This document shows, one piece after another, positions 27,501-40,250 of a stretch of DNA of 64,000 nt (position 1 is the stretch's first letter; every line of letters starts with the position of its first letter). The position numbers and the translations under genes were made by a program. Under the pieces are notes generated by a model. The model searched no databases, was not told the origin of the DNA, and was given only the letters and a program-made list of their open reading frames with translations. Location of the stretch: the NCBI GenBank assembly GCA_036172245.1, contig JAYWIR010000007.1:2170001-2234000 (forward strand). The letters are read 5' to 3'. Origin of the DNA: Raillietiella orientalis. Lineage: Eukaryota.

Positions 27501-28229
27501 AGCTCCGTTTAACTGAATGGACACAAAATTTCCTATACCTGACATGGACACCCACGAATGCTGCAAGTGTTACTGGGTCTAGGAAAAGGAAAGCACATAT
27601 CAACCTTTATGGGACCTTTGGAGCTCTACTTTGAAACCTTCATGTGAGCGACACCACTCTACAGTGGTCAGCACGTCGCTAAGCAGAAGTATTAATAGTG
27701 CGACGACGGTGTAGCACGCATGGTAGCTGAAAATGAAAGTCATCTGATTCCTTATTTCCCGTTCGAGGACCGTGCCAAGCCCTGGAAGGTTACCTGAGAG
27801 CTGAAACGCTCGAGGGATGGCCTACACACAGAGAGAGATCTTCCTCACTCACTGGCAATGGCTCCATGAGCAAATCTTTCCGATATATTTCTTGTGCCAG
27901 ATTTCACTCGGATGCAGGAAATTTATTGTTTACTTACTTCCATTTCTAATGGAATAGATGGAATGATACTCTTCTAGCTCGTGGTTTCGTAGATGGAACC
28001 CACAAGATGGATGCTAGCAAAACTGGAGAAGTTCTTGTATCTTTGAGAGCTTAGTCGGTATCTGGCTGGCTCCCCTTTCGAGAAAGGTCCCATCGAACCC
28101 ACACAGCGATCTGCTCCTCAGCACGAAATTCCACATCGCCGAGACTGACGCTAATGCACAAAAAATCTCCGGGATGTCGTGCTCGACGAGTTGCCTCTGT
28201 TTTCGCGTGCCCCATCAGTGCGCGGGTCA

Positions 28230-29827
28230 CGGGATCTGCATTCCAACCAAAGAGCCATTAGGGGACTATTCCCTGGCGGACACATGGTCTAGCTGCCTCC
28301 AGAAGGCAGAGTGGGCGATCGTCTCGCTCCAGGATGGCAAGTTCCTCGTGCCGGAACGGGCCGCGGTGTGGAACACGTTCGTGGCCCTCCTCTTCCTCAC
28401 CCTTCTTTTTGTTTGCCACTTCACAGAGTGGTAATAAAAGGTGGACGGAGGACCTCAGAATCGCCCCCTGGGACACAGGGAGGATTTGTGGACCCCGCGT
28501 CACGACAGAGGTCTCGGCCTCCAGATGCTGGTGCACCTGAAGCGGCAGCTCCAGTGGAGGACAGTCTCCCTAGTGGCAAAGATGAGGAGCACTAACTGGT
28601 GCGAGCCCGCACGATACCTAGTCAAGCGAGCCACCGGTTACGCGGGACTGTCTCCGTTCCTGGCGTGGCGGCGCAGACGTAACGTGTCCAGCTGCGGACT
28701 GAGCTCAGGCGAATAGCCAAGCTGATCAGGACCAACAACTGGATCTTCTGCCGGACAGAGAACGGCAGTGCCTGGCTGCAGGAAACCGTTCGAACATGGG
28801 CCAAGAACAATGAAACGAGCCCGGAGATGCTTCTGCTACACTCCTGTTACAACAACCGTTCGCTGCAGGACATCATCGTGCAGCCCACCACGTGTGCATG
28901 GGCTGAAAGCATCTCCCTGGCCACGACTCTATCCTATCTCAAAGAGAACCTGGGCAGTAGTCAGCCGGCCAAATGGGAGGTCCGTTGTGAAATTCTTCGG
29001 CAAAGAGAAGGAATCAGGTGATTGGACCACGAGGCAGCTAACCGACGCTGCAACTCCAAGTGTTCCACCGAAGGGACTATTGAGCTGGGGTAAACTGCTG
29101 GGAATCCCATAGTAGGACCTCGAGTAGCCCCCAGCGCAGAAGAACAACCGGGATCTCCCCCTAAAGTAGCAGGAGTAGCACTTCTGCTGTTGCACTGGGG
29201 TCTCCCGTACAGCGCCCGCCGGTGTCACTGGACTCGGAGGGCTGTGGACCTCAACTGTTGCAGGTGTGGGCAGCGGGAATTCCTCCCACACCTGATTGTA
29301 GACTGTGTTGCCCTCCGCCCCCTGTGACTGCGTTAGACAACGGCCCTTGGTGCACTGACGGATAGGCCCAGGGACGTGACCGTGTGCCTCTTCGTGCGCG
29401 ATGCCCTTTCGCCTGCCGCATCCTCAGAAGCTCTTTGCTGCTACCTACGCGGGATCGGGGCGGCCTGGAGCTACGCGAGAGGTGGACGACGCGATAGGGA
29501 CGCCATGTGTTTCTCGTTGCGCTTCATGAGGACGGCAGCTGGATGGCCTTATCTGGGACATACTCAGAAGGAACTTACCGATATTCTGGAAAGGACGCAG
29601 AGGAAGTCCTCTAGAGGAATGTGATCCTTCCCTAACCATCCAATTTTTCATATATCCTTTCTTGTTTTGTTTTTCTTTTCGTTTGCCCCTTCCTCTGACG
29701 AGACGAGCCCTGCCGGCCTGCGTGCCAGTTACCCGGCAGGTTCCGAGCATTTTCGGACAATATTGCGCCGATGGCCCTACACATGTATGTTTATTTTCTA
29801 TAATAAACGTCTTGGCATGACTGGATG
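28230..29827 (+). mobile_element. Decayed LINE 3' fragment - copy A
   Basis: GKFLVPERAAVWNTF and SAWLQET, zinc finger CCRCG...PHLIVDC, GWPYLG..ELTDILER, and 3' UTR, all homologous to copy E. Confidence 0.88.
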
Positions 29828-31369
29828 ATAAATCAACCAAAGAGCTTAGTTTGTTCTTTTCTTTCTTCGTATCCTGGGAACTACTTGTTTCCTGGGAATC
29901 TACGGAGATCGCCTACCGATGCTCCTCGATGACTTCCAGGGAGTCATTTCACCCACAGCTTTCGGTCCACAAGGGTATGTGGAAGGCGGGGAAGTACCAT
30001 CCTCTCGTGCCACTGGTATGATAAGGTCACTAAGGACAGGAAAGGTACCATGGATTCCGTGCATTTGCTATGATGTCGACGCGTCCCAGGCATTATTGGG
30101 GGGAAAAAATGTGTGTTGCCAAGGCTCTTTCGTTGCTCTGAAAGAGGAGAGGTAACATCGCTCTGGTTGTCCTCCCACGAATGATTTTATTTTCGTGTTC
30201 ATCCCATCGATCCTGAAGTGATCTAAGGAGAAGACAAGGACTATCGACCATTCATAGAATAGAAGAAAGGCAACTACTAGTTACAATCTACACGGCTGGC
30301 TCCAGATGTGCATCCGGCTGAGGCACCCGTTTAACAGTCCGGAAAAACGAACCGTTTCAAGATGACCCCTCTCTCTCTATTACATTTGGAATGATTTGAC
30401 TGCTGCCACCTGCGTCTTCCCACTCTTCTTCCATCTATTCGGCAGCCTTCATTTGCCTCCTGCTGCTTCTAACTCGAGCTCTCTTTTTGGTCCATTCAAT
30501 TAATTTGACTTTTCAAACGCCCCAGGCGAGTTTAGTTGTGGAATCGGTCTTTTGCATGTCCCACCTCCGTCGGACGACATTTCCACCTGGCTGCCCCGAG
30601 AGATGGATCTAGGAATCGGTAGGGAAGCTCCTAATGTGATTTTCACCCGGAAGAGTCATCTCCGAGAGGCCAGAAGCCAACTACCTACCCGTCCATCATT
30701 TGTCAGAAGCATGCCCTGGAGCACGCTTAGCAATCATTTACTTGTTCCACCTAAAACGACTGCGATTCGATGATGTGAACCGCCGGTCTGGAAGCTCACT
30801 GATTACTCGGATTCCACCAAGAGTTGTGACTCCATGAATTGCTGTGCAGGCAGGAATTGAATCCTGCCTACACTTTCGTAGAATCCGAGGGGGCAAGGAG
30901 AAGATAAGAAACAATGAGAAGAGACCAGCAACTCCGAAAAATATCAGGAGAAAGAAAGGGGAAGCACTACAGTTCATAAGGAACAGTAGGCGAAGCCTTA
31001 ATTCAGTTAAAAGACAGCCGAACGAGCGGAAGAAAGCCTTCACAGGCGAGAAAAAATGAAAGCGAAACCTCCAAAAATCAGATGGTCAGAAGAGACCAAG
31101 TGAAAGGCCAGATGAGTTGAACGGATCCAAAAGAGAGAGCGGATTAGAAACAGCAGGAGGCAAAAAGACGACCGCCGAGGAAACGGGAAAATACAATGAG
31201 TGGGCAGAAGCTGAATAACGCCGAGTCAAATAGCAAGGGAAATGTCCTGGGAAAGAGGAAATAGGAGATATCACTGCGTTTATGGGACAACGGCACTTTC
31301 TCGCCTTCATTGAGAGATTTAGCAGGAGAGGTGTAAATAGCCGAAGAAAACAGGAATAAAGGACGAAGC

Positions 31370-32346
31370 ACAACTCTTGCATTCGTTTCACGTTCTGAAG
31401 TGGCGGCTTCGGGCCGTCTCAGTTTCCATGGTTCTGCGAGCACCCTCATTGGCAAATAAAAGAGAATCTACCCTGGATGGCTTCCACGAGAAACCCAAGG
31501 CCTTCAAACCCAAGCAGTGGGAGATCCTCTACACGCTTGCTGGAGAGACAAGACCGTTTATCGGCTGGAAGACGAGCGAGCTGGCAGACGCTGTCACTCC
31601 TCGTAGTTGTGCGGAGGGACTCCTTCGGTGGTGCGAACTCTTGAGTGTACCTCCCGAAGAACTTGTCGTACCTCTTTCGTTTTTTGGACTCCTCTGTGTT
31701 CCTCCTTCGGTGGCAACACGACGTGCTCCTGCGGTTGCATTGAGGTTTCCATTGCAATCAGCGCGCGAACCTCGTTTCCGGAGGAGTTGTGTCACGGAAA
31801 TGCGGAAAGTGCGGAGCAGTAGAATCGCCCCCGCACCTGCCCTTCGACTGCGGTGCCCTCCAAGGACTGTGGCGGGGGCCGCCTTCAACGCTCCTTCTCC
31901 AGGGGGACACCGCAATGGACGTCATGCGCCGCTTCCTCACGTGCGGCCGCCTCTCGCTATCTGCGGTCATCGCAACTGCCTCTTGCATCCGCGCCATCGT
32001 CATGGCCCGCCACCTGTTGGAGTCGCGAGCGGTACCTAGCGAGGTCAACAGGATTGCAGACGTCAACATGAGGACGGCTCATCTAAAGGAAGTGAGGAAG
32101 GCGCTCGCCGGCATTTAGGGTCGGTTCTGAAGAAGAGGAACAACGGAAACCAAAGACCCCGATCCCCTCCGCCCGACCCCATATCTTTTTTTGTATTTTT
32201 TCATTACATTCATGGTCGTGTCCCCCTCGTTCCGGACTTTCAAAGTTCCCAACCTGCTTGTCGGGAACCCCTTCCCTTGAACTTCTTCCCCGTTGGGAAC
32301 TTTATTCCCTGCTGTGAGCGAATAAATGCCGCTGCGCAACCGGGTG
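31370..32346 (+). mobile_element. Decayed LINE 3' fragment, second subfamily - copy B
   Basis: GWKTSELADAVTP..GLLRWCELLSVP; CGKCGAVESPPHLPFDCGALQGLW; AATAAA terminal motif. Confidence 0.8.
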
Positions 32347-33718
32347 ATAAAGGACAAACGCAACCTTCCTTGCTGACGAAGTGCAAAGGATGAGAAACAG
32401 CGTGCACACTTCCTGTCCGTAAAGTCCGCGAGCGGGAGGCAGGAGGGGAAAACTGGAAATGTGCTCGCAAGACGCCACGCCGAGAGGCGGTGACCCCCAC
32501 GTGCCAACCAGTCTCGGTGACCTGCGGACGAAGAGTGCGCCCATTCAGACGGAGAGGCTGTGAACGTCCGCGCATACTCTCGGCGACCAGTAAGGCAATC
32601 TTGGAAGATTTGCATGGAAAGCAGGGTTATGCCCCGAATTCCTGGGCTCCTGCAAGGCGCGTTTCGATCCACAGAGGACAGAGTGAAGAGTCTCCGTCTG
32701 TGTGTCTCTCTTTCACGTTGCACCCTTGCCGCCGGTGCGATGCAGTCTGTCCAAGTCGGTTTGCGGCGGAAGAGTGAGTTGCTACCCTCTATGTCGGAAG
32801 ACATGGAATTGCTTGGCGATACGGAATGTCCCGCATCCGCATGCGACGTATCACGCCGGAGCGGAGACGAACCTCAACGCCGAGAGGTCCGAAACGAAGT
32901 GGTGAAAATCTCCTCCTCCTTTTTGGCAACACTGTCTGCTTGCGTTCCACTTGAAGACTCGGAGGTTCGAGTGTTGACCCGCGAGGGATCGCGTTTCGCT
33001 GATCCCCATGGATTAATCGAAATCTGCATCGAGAAGAGCTGTTGCTCGGAGGATCAAGTGGGGGAAACAGAACGGATATGGATGGAGCAGAGATTTCATT
33101 CGGTTTCCTGTTCCGCCGCTCTCGAATCAAGACGTCGGCTACAGAGCGTGTGCTTGTAAGAAGGCGAATCATCACGTACGATTCACCCGCCTGCAGTCAA
33201 CCCGGGGCAGAGCCCGAGTGCCAGTCGAAAGGAATTCGCGGGGTGCCGTACGGGCCTGAATGAAAGGATTCGGATGGTCTCCTCCGATGCAAGGCGAAGA
33301 AGGCTCACGGTGAGATTCACACATCCTCGGATTCACAGCAGCTCATGACGCAGCGACGGATCCTCTCTGAGAGAAAGACGAAGCCGTGCAGCGAACTCAC
33401 GGGTCTGAGTGAGGCATCCTGCACTTGCAGGGCGCTTCAGCTGCTGCCACCTACGTCTTCCCACTCGTTTGGCTTTTTGTGTTTCCTCGTCGGTCGTCGC
33501 TTGCCTCCTGAGCCAAGAAGAATAGCAGTTGTCCTGGTACGATTCGCTCCGGATTTCGTCATTCTTCCGTATTTCCGGAGACTGTGACAGCAGCGCCACC
33601 AACGGCATGAGTGCGAATTGCACCTAGTGTGCAAATTGGATTTTTAATCTTCTCCTAATCTCTGCTTCGTAGCATGCCAGCATGTGTCGAGATTCACATG
33701 GAAAGTAGACAGGCTCGA

Positions 33719-34690
33719 CATCCACTTGTACCGGGTCATTTATTCATAAAAACAAACACACAAGGCAATGACAGGACGTTTGGTCCCGTCGCGTTACATG
33801 CATATACGAAAACAAACCTGCCGGGAACCGACGCTCAAGCTGGCGAGGTTTCGCTTCGACAGCAGAGTGGAAGAGGAAACAAACGAAAAGAAAAATATAA
33901 CAAAAAAACGCATTCAGAAGAAAAATTGGCAGGGTTCGGGAAGAGATCACCGGCTGCTGGACGGAATCCTCTGCCTCCTTTTAAGGATGCCGACAAGTTT
34001 CTGTTTTATGATCCCAAGATGGGACCATCTCAACGATATTCTCATGAAGAGGACGGTAAAGTATATGGCGTCCCTGCCATCGTGGCCTCCTCTGGTGTTG
34101 CTTTATGCAGCCACGATCCCGCGTAGGCAGCAAACTGCTGCTAGAGATGCATTCGGCTTGAGGGTTCCGCGAAGGAAGAGGCACTTCAGAACGTCTCTGC
34201 GCTTGCCCTCGAGGATCCGCAGGGACGCGGAAAAGTGTGTCCACAGGCGTCAGAGGGCAACGCAATTCATGAGCAGATGCGGTAGGGACACTCCTTCTCC
34301 AAAACTGCTGCAGTTGGGGCTAGCACTCCCCCGGGTCCAGTGGTGTCGACGGGCCTTTCACGGGAGGCCCCAATGCAACAGTAGGATCGCCGAATCCTGT
34401 CACTTGAAGGGGAGGATAGCACTGCTGCAGCACGCTGCGGGGCACTGTATTTCTTACCGAGGAATTTGTTGTAGTAGTTCTTCCAGCGTAACAGCCCTTT
34501 TGGAGGGACACTCGGGGTGGCAGCGTCCGCCAGCTCCCGAGTTCTCCGCGTTCCCAGATGTTTCCTTTTCTTGTCTACAATGCAAGTCAGCTCCCACCTT
34601 GCCGGAAGGCCACTGTCTCTTGCTTACCGTAGGAAGGACAACACTGGGGCAAGGGAGGTGAACGACGCTCAATGCAGATTCCCGGTTTTA
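33719..34690 (-). mobile_element. Decayed LINE 3' fragment - copy C
   Basis: The minus strand carries LHWGLP, the zinc-finger region and the 3' UTR stem CTGCT...CCCGGCAGG, with AATAAA at 33739-33744. Confidence 0.8.
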
Positions 34691-35130
34691 ACAAGGATCT
34701 TCCTCAACGACTGACGAGCGTATCCACTGTTTCCTAGGCAGATGCACTCTGCTTCGCTCGTGTCGTTGATTTTTCCCCATGCGAACAGTGACTCTTGCAG
34801 GCAAACAGCTCAGTTAGCAGAGATGACAGAGATCCAGGGATTCTTTCGGAACAAGGCAACTGTGTGTCAAAGCTGCGATGGCTCTAACTTCGATCGGTGG
34901 CCATGTCGGACGAAGTCAGTCCCTAGTGGTCAGTTGCTTTCTTGTCAAGGATGCGCTCTGGAGAGCACCAAGGTGTATCCCACAGCTTTGACAACAGTGC
35001 GATTCTTCAGTGCGCCTTTGACCAAGGACGGGAAAGGCACCAAGGTACGCCTGGAGCCCGTGTGGTCACGGTAAATCTTCGTAAAGCTTTCGTATGAGCA
35101 GACCAGGAAATTCTTCTGAAGTCTTTCTGG

Positions 35131-36249
35131 AACGTCTCTGGGCTTTCCACCATCCGGTATCCCGAGGGCCGTTCCAAGACGATCCCAAAGAATCCGGAGG
35201 GCAGGGCAGTCAACTAGAAGGTGGGGGAGGGACTCCCGCTCCTCACACCTGGCACACGCAGGATTTACTCTTCCCCGCGTCCAGTGGAAGCGGCGCGCGT
35301 TGCAGGGTAGACCCCAATGCAGCCACAGAAGCGCCGACTCTTGCCACTTCAGGGGAAGAATCCTGGATACACTAATAACCGGGGGCCACTTCAGGTCATC
35401 TGACCGGATGCCGAGCAGCTCGCCCCATCTTTTTAGTCCTCTCGGCTGGACACTAGGGATCGTAGCGTCTGGCAGCTTTCCCATGGTCCAGCCGCTCATC
35501 ATCTTCTCTCTGCCTGCGATACGCCAGCAGACTTGCCACCTCGGTTATTATGGATCCAGGATTCTTCCCCTGAAGTGGCAAGAGTCGGCGCTTTTGTGGC
35601 TGCATTGGGGTCTACCCTGCAACGCGCGCCGCTTCCACTGGACGCGGGGAAGTGTAAATCCTGCGTGTGCCAGGTGTGGGGAGAGGGAGTCCCTCCCCCA
35701 CCTCTTAGTTGACTGCCCTGCCCTCCGGATTCTTTGGGATCGTCTTGGAACGGCCCTCGGGATACCGGTTCCAGGTAACCCCAGGAATGTTTACAGTCTT
35801 CGTGCGGGACTCCCTGAAGCCAGCCGCAGCCCTGGCAGCACTTTGCTGCATTCGTGGTATTGTGGCGGCCTGGAGTGATGCCGAAGATGAAGATTGCAAC
35901 GTAACGGACGTCATCCCGTATGCTGTTCGCTTCCTGCAGAGAGCTACCGGATGGCCCCAGCTGGGCAGAATGAAGGAAGACCTCGAGGGCATCCTGCAAA
36001 GGATGGGCCCTCCCCTCAGTGGAATTTGATCCCTTCCCGTTCCTCCAAACACTTTTTGTTTTTGTTTTTCTTATTTTATTTTTATTTTTGTTTTTTCCCC
36101 CATCCCCATCCACTGCCGAGGGGAGTCACACCGAGCTGCGTCCCGGCGTCCCGGCAGGTCCCTTGTTGTGTAGCCGTTAGTGGGGTCTTGTACCACGTAT
36201 GTTGTTGACCAATGCGAAGTTTTAATAAACGTCCCGGGGTACCCGGGTG
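35131..36249. mobile_element. LINE 3' fragment with inverted 5' part (35131-35546 minus; 35554-36249 plus) - copy D
   Basis: CARCGERESLPHLLVDC zinc finger present on both strands; 3' UTR homologous to copy E. Confidence 0.9.
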
Positions 36250-36262
36250 GCATCTCCGAATC

Positions 36263-39200
36263 TCTTCGCCAATTCCTGAGAGGCGTCACCCTCCAGAGTC
36301 TCGACGACTGGGACCTTTTTAAGGACTCGGTCCGCGAGTTCTGCCAGCAGTTCCCCATGGACCACCTGCTTCGGGGATTTGGCGAGGGGGCTCGCAACGA
36401 GCACGCGTATTTACATGCGCACCGTCACGAGAGGACCCCCAATGTCCGTCGGTTGGCCGAATACCGAGCCGGGGCCGAGCGCCAAGCCTGGCGATCCGGG
36501 TTGGCCAGCTTGCTGGACGATCTGGAACGGGAACGTTCGTCCCCGGCTGCGGTACGGAATCTCGTGCAGTGTTTTTATTCCTCCCTTTACGCCAAAACAC
36601 CGCCAGAACGAGACGCCTCGCGGCGCTTGCTCTCGAATGGTGCCGTGGCGATAGAGGAGGAAGAGAGGGAAAGCCTCGATGAGCCTTTCACGACCGGCGA
36701 AATTCACGCCGGAATTGAAAGGCACAAGAGGCGTAAGGCGCCAGGGGAGGACGGCCTGCCCGCGGAGTTTTTCCAATGCTTCGCGGCAGAGCTGGCACCC
36801 CTGGTGCTCGAGTTGACGAGACTGATCCGAGACGAAGGCGATGTTCCTGCCTCGTTTCGGTCAGCCAGGGTGAGGCTCCTTCCAAAGGGAGGAGACCTCA
36901 GAAAGTTAAGCAACTGGCGTCCGATCACAATTGCGAACACGGATGCCAAGCTGATTGCCGGACTGTGGGCATCGCGTTTGGGGCAGGTGGCAGACTCCAT
37001 AATTAGCCCGGAGCAGACTTATGCTGTTCCCGGGCGAAGTATGGAGGCCAACCTCTTCTTCGCGAGCACATGGTTTCACGTGCAGCGGAGTGAAAAGAGA
37101 GAAAACGGGAAGATCGGCAACCCCACTTTGGGGCCGCCAGTCGGGCAAGGAAGGGACAGTCGGGTGTCGAAGAGAGCCCTAGCGATCGCAGTCGATCTGC
37201 ATAAGGTGTTCGACTGCGTGGACCAGGAACTCCTGGAGCTCCTTGTTCTCGTGGGCTTCCCACCCTCCCTTCTGACCTACCTGCGCTCTTGTTGGCGCAG
37301 TGTGATCATAAACGTTTTTTTCAGCAGTCAAAACGTGCCGGTGCGCCACGGGATAAGGCAGGGCGATAGCCTGAGTCCTCTGCTCTTTAGCACCTACTTG
37401 GAGTTGGTGCTGAGAGCGTACAGGGCGACTTTGGCTGCCTGGCCGAGCTCGTGCCCCGGCACGCCCGCAGTAGCAGCGTACACCAACGATCTTCTGCTTT
37501 TGCTCCCCATGTCCGCTCCGGCAGAGGCAATCGAGGGTTTCTTCGATCTGCTAGGCCGCGGGACGGGACTGCAGGTGAAGAAGGCAAAGTCCGAAGTCGT
37601 CGGTGGTGTCGGTTGGCGCGACGTGGGTTGGACGGCCTGACTGGATCCGCTTGGGGATCCCCACGGCCAGGTACCTGAAGTACCTTGGCGTTCCGTTGGG
37701 AGACTTCTGTCCGTCAGAAGCGTGGTCAGGTCTTCTCCTGAAAGTAGAGATGGCGATGGGCCCATTCCTAGAAGGCAAGTTCCTCTTGCGGTATGGAACG
37801 GGCCGCGGTATGGAACGCGTTTGCGGCTTCCATCCTCCGCCCCCTGCTTTTTGTTTGCCCCGTCCTCCTACTTTTGAAAAAGAGGACGAAGGACCTCCTA
37901 CACATCGCCCTTTGGGGCGGCGGGAGGCCTCGTGTGCCTCTGGAGGATTTGCACGCTCCACGTCGGGACGGAGGTCTTAGCGTCCTGACGCTGGAGCGCG
38001 TGGAAACACAGCTGCGGTGGCGTACCCTAGCCATCGCGGCGAAGATGTGGAGCACCCCTTGGTGCGTTCCGGCCCGCCTCCTCGCCAGACGTGTGTCCGG
38101 GACTGAAGGACTCGCGTCTTTTCTTCTGTGCCCCGGCCGAAAAATAAGAAGATGCAGCCTTCTCCTAGGACGCATGCCCACCCTGGACAAGAAGAACGGC
38201 TGGATGGTCTGCAACCCCGCCAACTCCAGCGCATGGCTGCAAGAAACAGTTGGCACGTGGGCAAAGCTCAACTAGTCCGGAGGTGAATCCTGGAACCGCC
38301 TGCGACCTGGCATCTATACCCCCTGCACGCTGCGGAACATGATCGAGTGTCCCACCAGAAGCATGGGCGGAGACGACCCCACTGACCACGGCGCTGCCTT
38401 TCCTGAGAAGGGCGCTTCATAACAGCCGGAAGCCGAGGTGGCAAGTCACCTGCCGGATAGCGGGCAAGGAGAAGGAGTTAAGTGGGTGGACCATGAGGGA
38501 ACTGCTTGACGCCGCGAAACCAAGCGTTCTCCCGCGAGGAATCCAAAGATGGGGCGAGCTTCTTGGCATCCCGTTGGATGACCTAAAGTGACCCCCGGTA
38601 TTCAGAGACGCATCCACCCTCCCCCTCAATTGGCAGGAAACGGCGCTGCTGCTGCTGCACCGGGGTCTTCCCTGCAACGCACGCCGCCACCACTGGACGT
38701 TGGGGAACGTGGGACAGAACTGTGCAGTGTGCGGGAAGAAGGAATCCCTCCCCCATCTGTTAGTGGACTGCGCTGCCCTCCAGCCCTTGTGGGAACATTT
38801 TGCTACGACCCTCCGGATGCCGGTCGGCAGTCCCCCCAGAGACGTTGTCACTCTTCGTGCAAGACGCCCTGCAACCAGTCTCAGCCCTTGCAGCGCTCTG
38901 CTGCCTATGAGGGATTGTGGCTGCGCTCCACGCAGCCAGCAGAGGAAGCAGCGATAGGGACCCCATCGTACACGCAGGTCGCTATCTGCGAATCGCGATC
39001 GGCTGGTCCCATCTGGGAGCCATGCAGAGGGACCTCGAGGGCATCCTGGAAAGGATGGTCTCTTCTTCCAGCGGGATGTGATCCCTTCCCGGCCCTCCAA
39101 ACTCTTTTATTTTTTTTTTCTCAATTTTATTTTTATTTTTGTTTTCTCCCCCATCCCCTTCCCCTGCCGAGGAGAGTCACAGTCGGGCTGTGTCTCGGCG

Positions 39201-39308
39201 TCCTGGCAGGTCCGATGTTACGTGGCCGTTAGTCGGGCCTTGTACCACGTTTTTTTTTGTATTGACCATGCTAGAAATTTTAAATAAACGTTCCGGAGTC
39301 TCCGGGTG
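36263..39308 (+). mobile_element. L1/Tx1-like non-LTR retrotransposon, 5'-truncated, inactive (RT, zinc finger, 3' UTR) - copy E
   Basis: RT motifs FYSSLY, KAPGEDGLPAEFF, LLPKGGD..NWRPITIANTDAK, EQTYAVPGRS, DLHKVFD, GIRQGDSLSPLLF, YTND (YADD position mutated), GLQVKKAKS, KYLGV; CAVCGKKESLPHLLVDC; several frameshifts; flanked by a 13-bp duplication. Confidence 0.95.
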
Positions 39309-40250
39309 GCTTCTCCGAATCCTGGGGGAAGACGGTGCATCGGGAACTGTTCTCAGAACTGGTGGACTAAGCGTTACAACCGGTCTCAGTCCTCAAGATT
39401 CTGCCCTCACACTGGAGCCTTGCAAGAACACACGACTCTAAGGAGGCTCACCCAGTCACCTGGAAAACACCATCCGCTATTCGTGGAACCCTTATCGCGC
39501 GGACAAATTTCCAGCTCCAGCCGTTAGTGGTACGACAGCGCCGACCGCACCATGCCTCGCCTTCCCACCCGTGCCCACAGGTGGCTGTCGAGGAAGACAT
39601 GATGGAGGCTGTCCTCCATCACGGCCTCACTAGCCAACCAGTTGCGCGAGTGTACAGACGAGCACGACCCGTACGCCAAGTTACCCTTTCCGTTCGAGGC
39701 CCCTGATGGCAAGCGGAGATTAAAATCTCCGGCCACCAGGTGGGTTTTTTGCATGTCTCCTTCGGACAGCCAGTAGCGCCGCAGGCTTACGAACATCTTT
39801 CGCTCAGGAGGAATGCCTCAGCCGCTAAGGGCGCGAACATTCGTGATCATGAGGTCGATCAAGTCGGACAACCTGAATGTCAGTTAACTGACCAGACCTT
39901 CCTTCTCGAAGCGCACGCCCTTCACAGAGTCAGTGAACGCTGCACTCTGGAGAGGTGACACCCCCGCTTCATGGTACGAGGAGGAGGGTCCTCCCCGAAA
40001 GCACAGGAGCTTCGACCCTTTGCACAACCGGAGGGAAAGTCCCACTCCTTCATTATGTTTCCTAGAAGCACCCGGAGCTCGACTCCCAATTCTGACCGTT
40101 CATCGGGGCATCTGGTTTTCTCAGCTAAAAATGCCGCACACGAATATAGCACGACCAGCGTCAGCACGCAGGAAAACCTCCAACACCGGACGCACCCATC
40201 CCTCGCCATCGATTCTTTCTGAGAATTCAAACTCACGCTTAGAGTCACGC
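39309..40250 (-). mobile_element. Decayed LINE ORF2 N-terminus (APE endonuclease plus linker)
   Basis: NVRAL (NVYAP-like), LVAGDFN, LHHVFLD (RLDRIF-like), LSYH (SDH-like); linker LED*DRL*RLVHQF*EQFPMHRLPPGFGE aligns to copy E LDDWDLFKDSVREFCQQFPMDHLLRGFGE. Confidence 0.8.

Noticed and set aside
24700..27600. Faint LRR- or NACHT-like peptide fragments
   Set aside because: Too short and interrupted to distinguish from chance without a profile search.
29696..29750. CTGACGA/CTGCCGA in LINE 3' UTRs as a hammerhead or HDV-like ribozyme core
   Set aside because: No GAAA after a stem II, most copies read CTGCC, and I could not build an HDV pseudoknot.
36232..36249. Terminal motif resembles the 5S rRNA 3' region (GCCTGGGAATACCGGGTG), suggesting 5S targeting
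   Set aside because: Only CCGGGTG and the spacing match; no other 5S sequence flanks any copy.
36180..37640. 486-aa ORF as an intact RT gene
   Set aside because: It starts in copy D's 3' UTR, has YTND instead of YADD and frameshifts downstream; it is a dead element.
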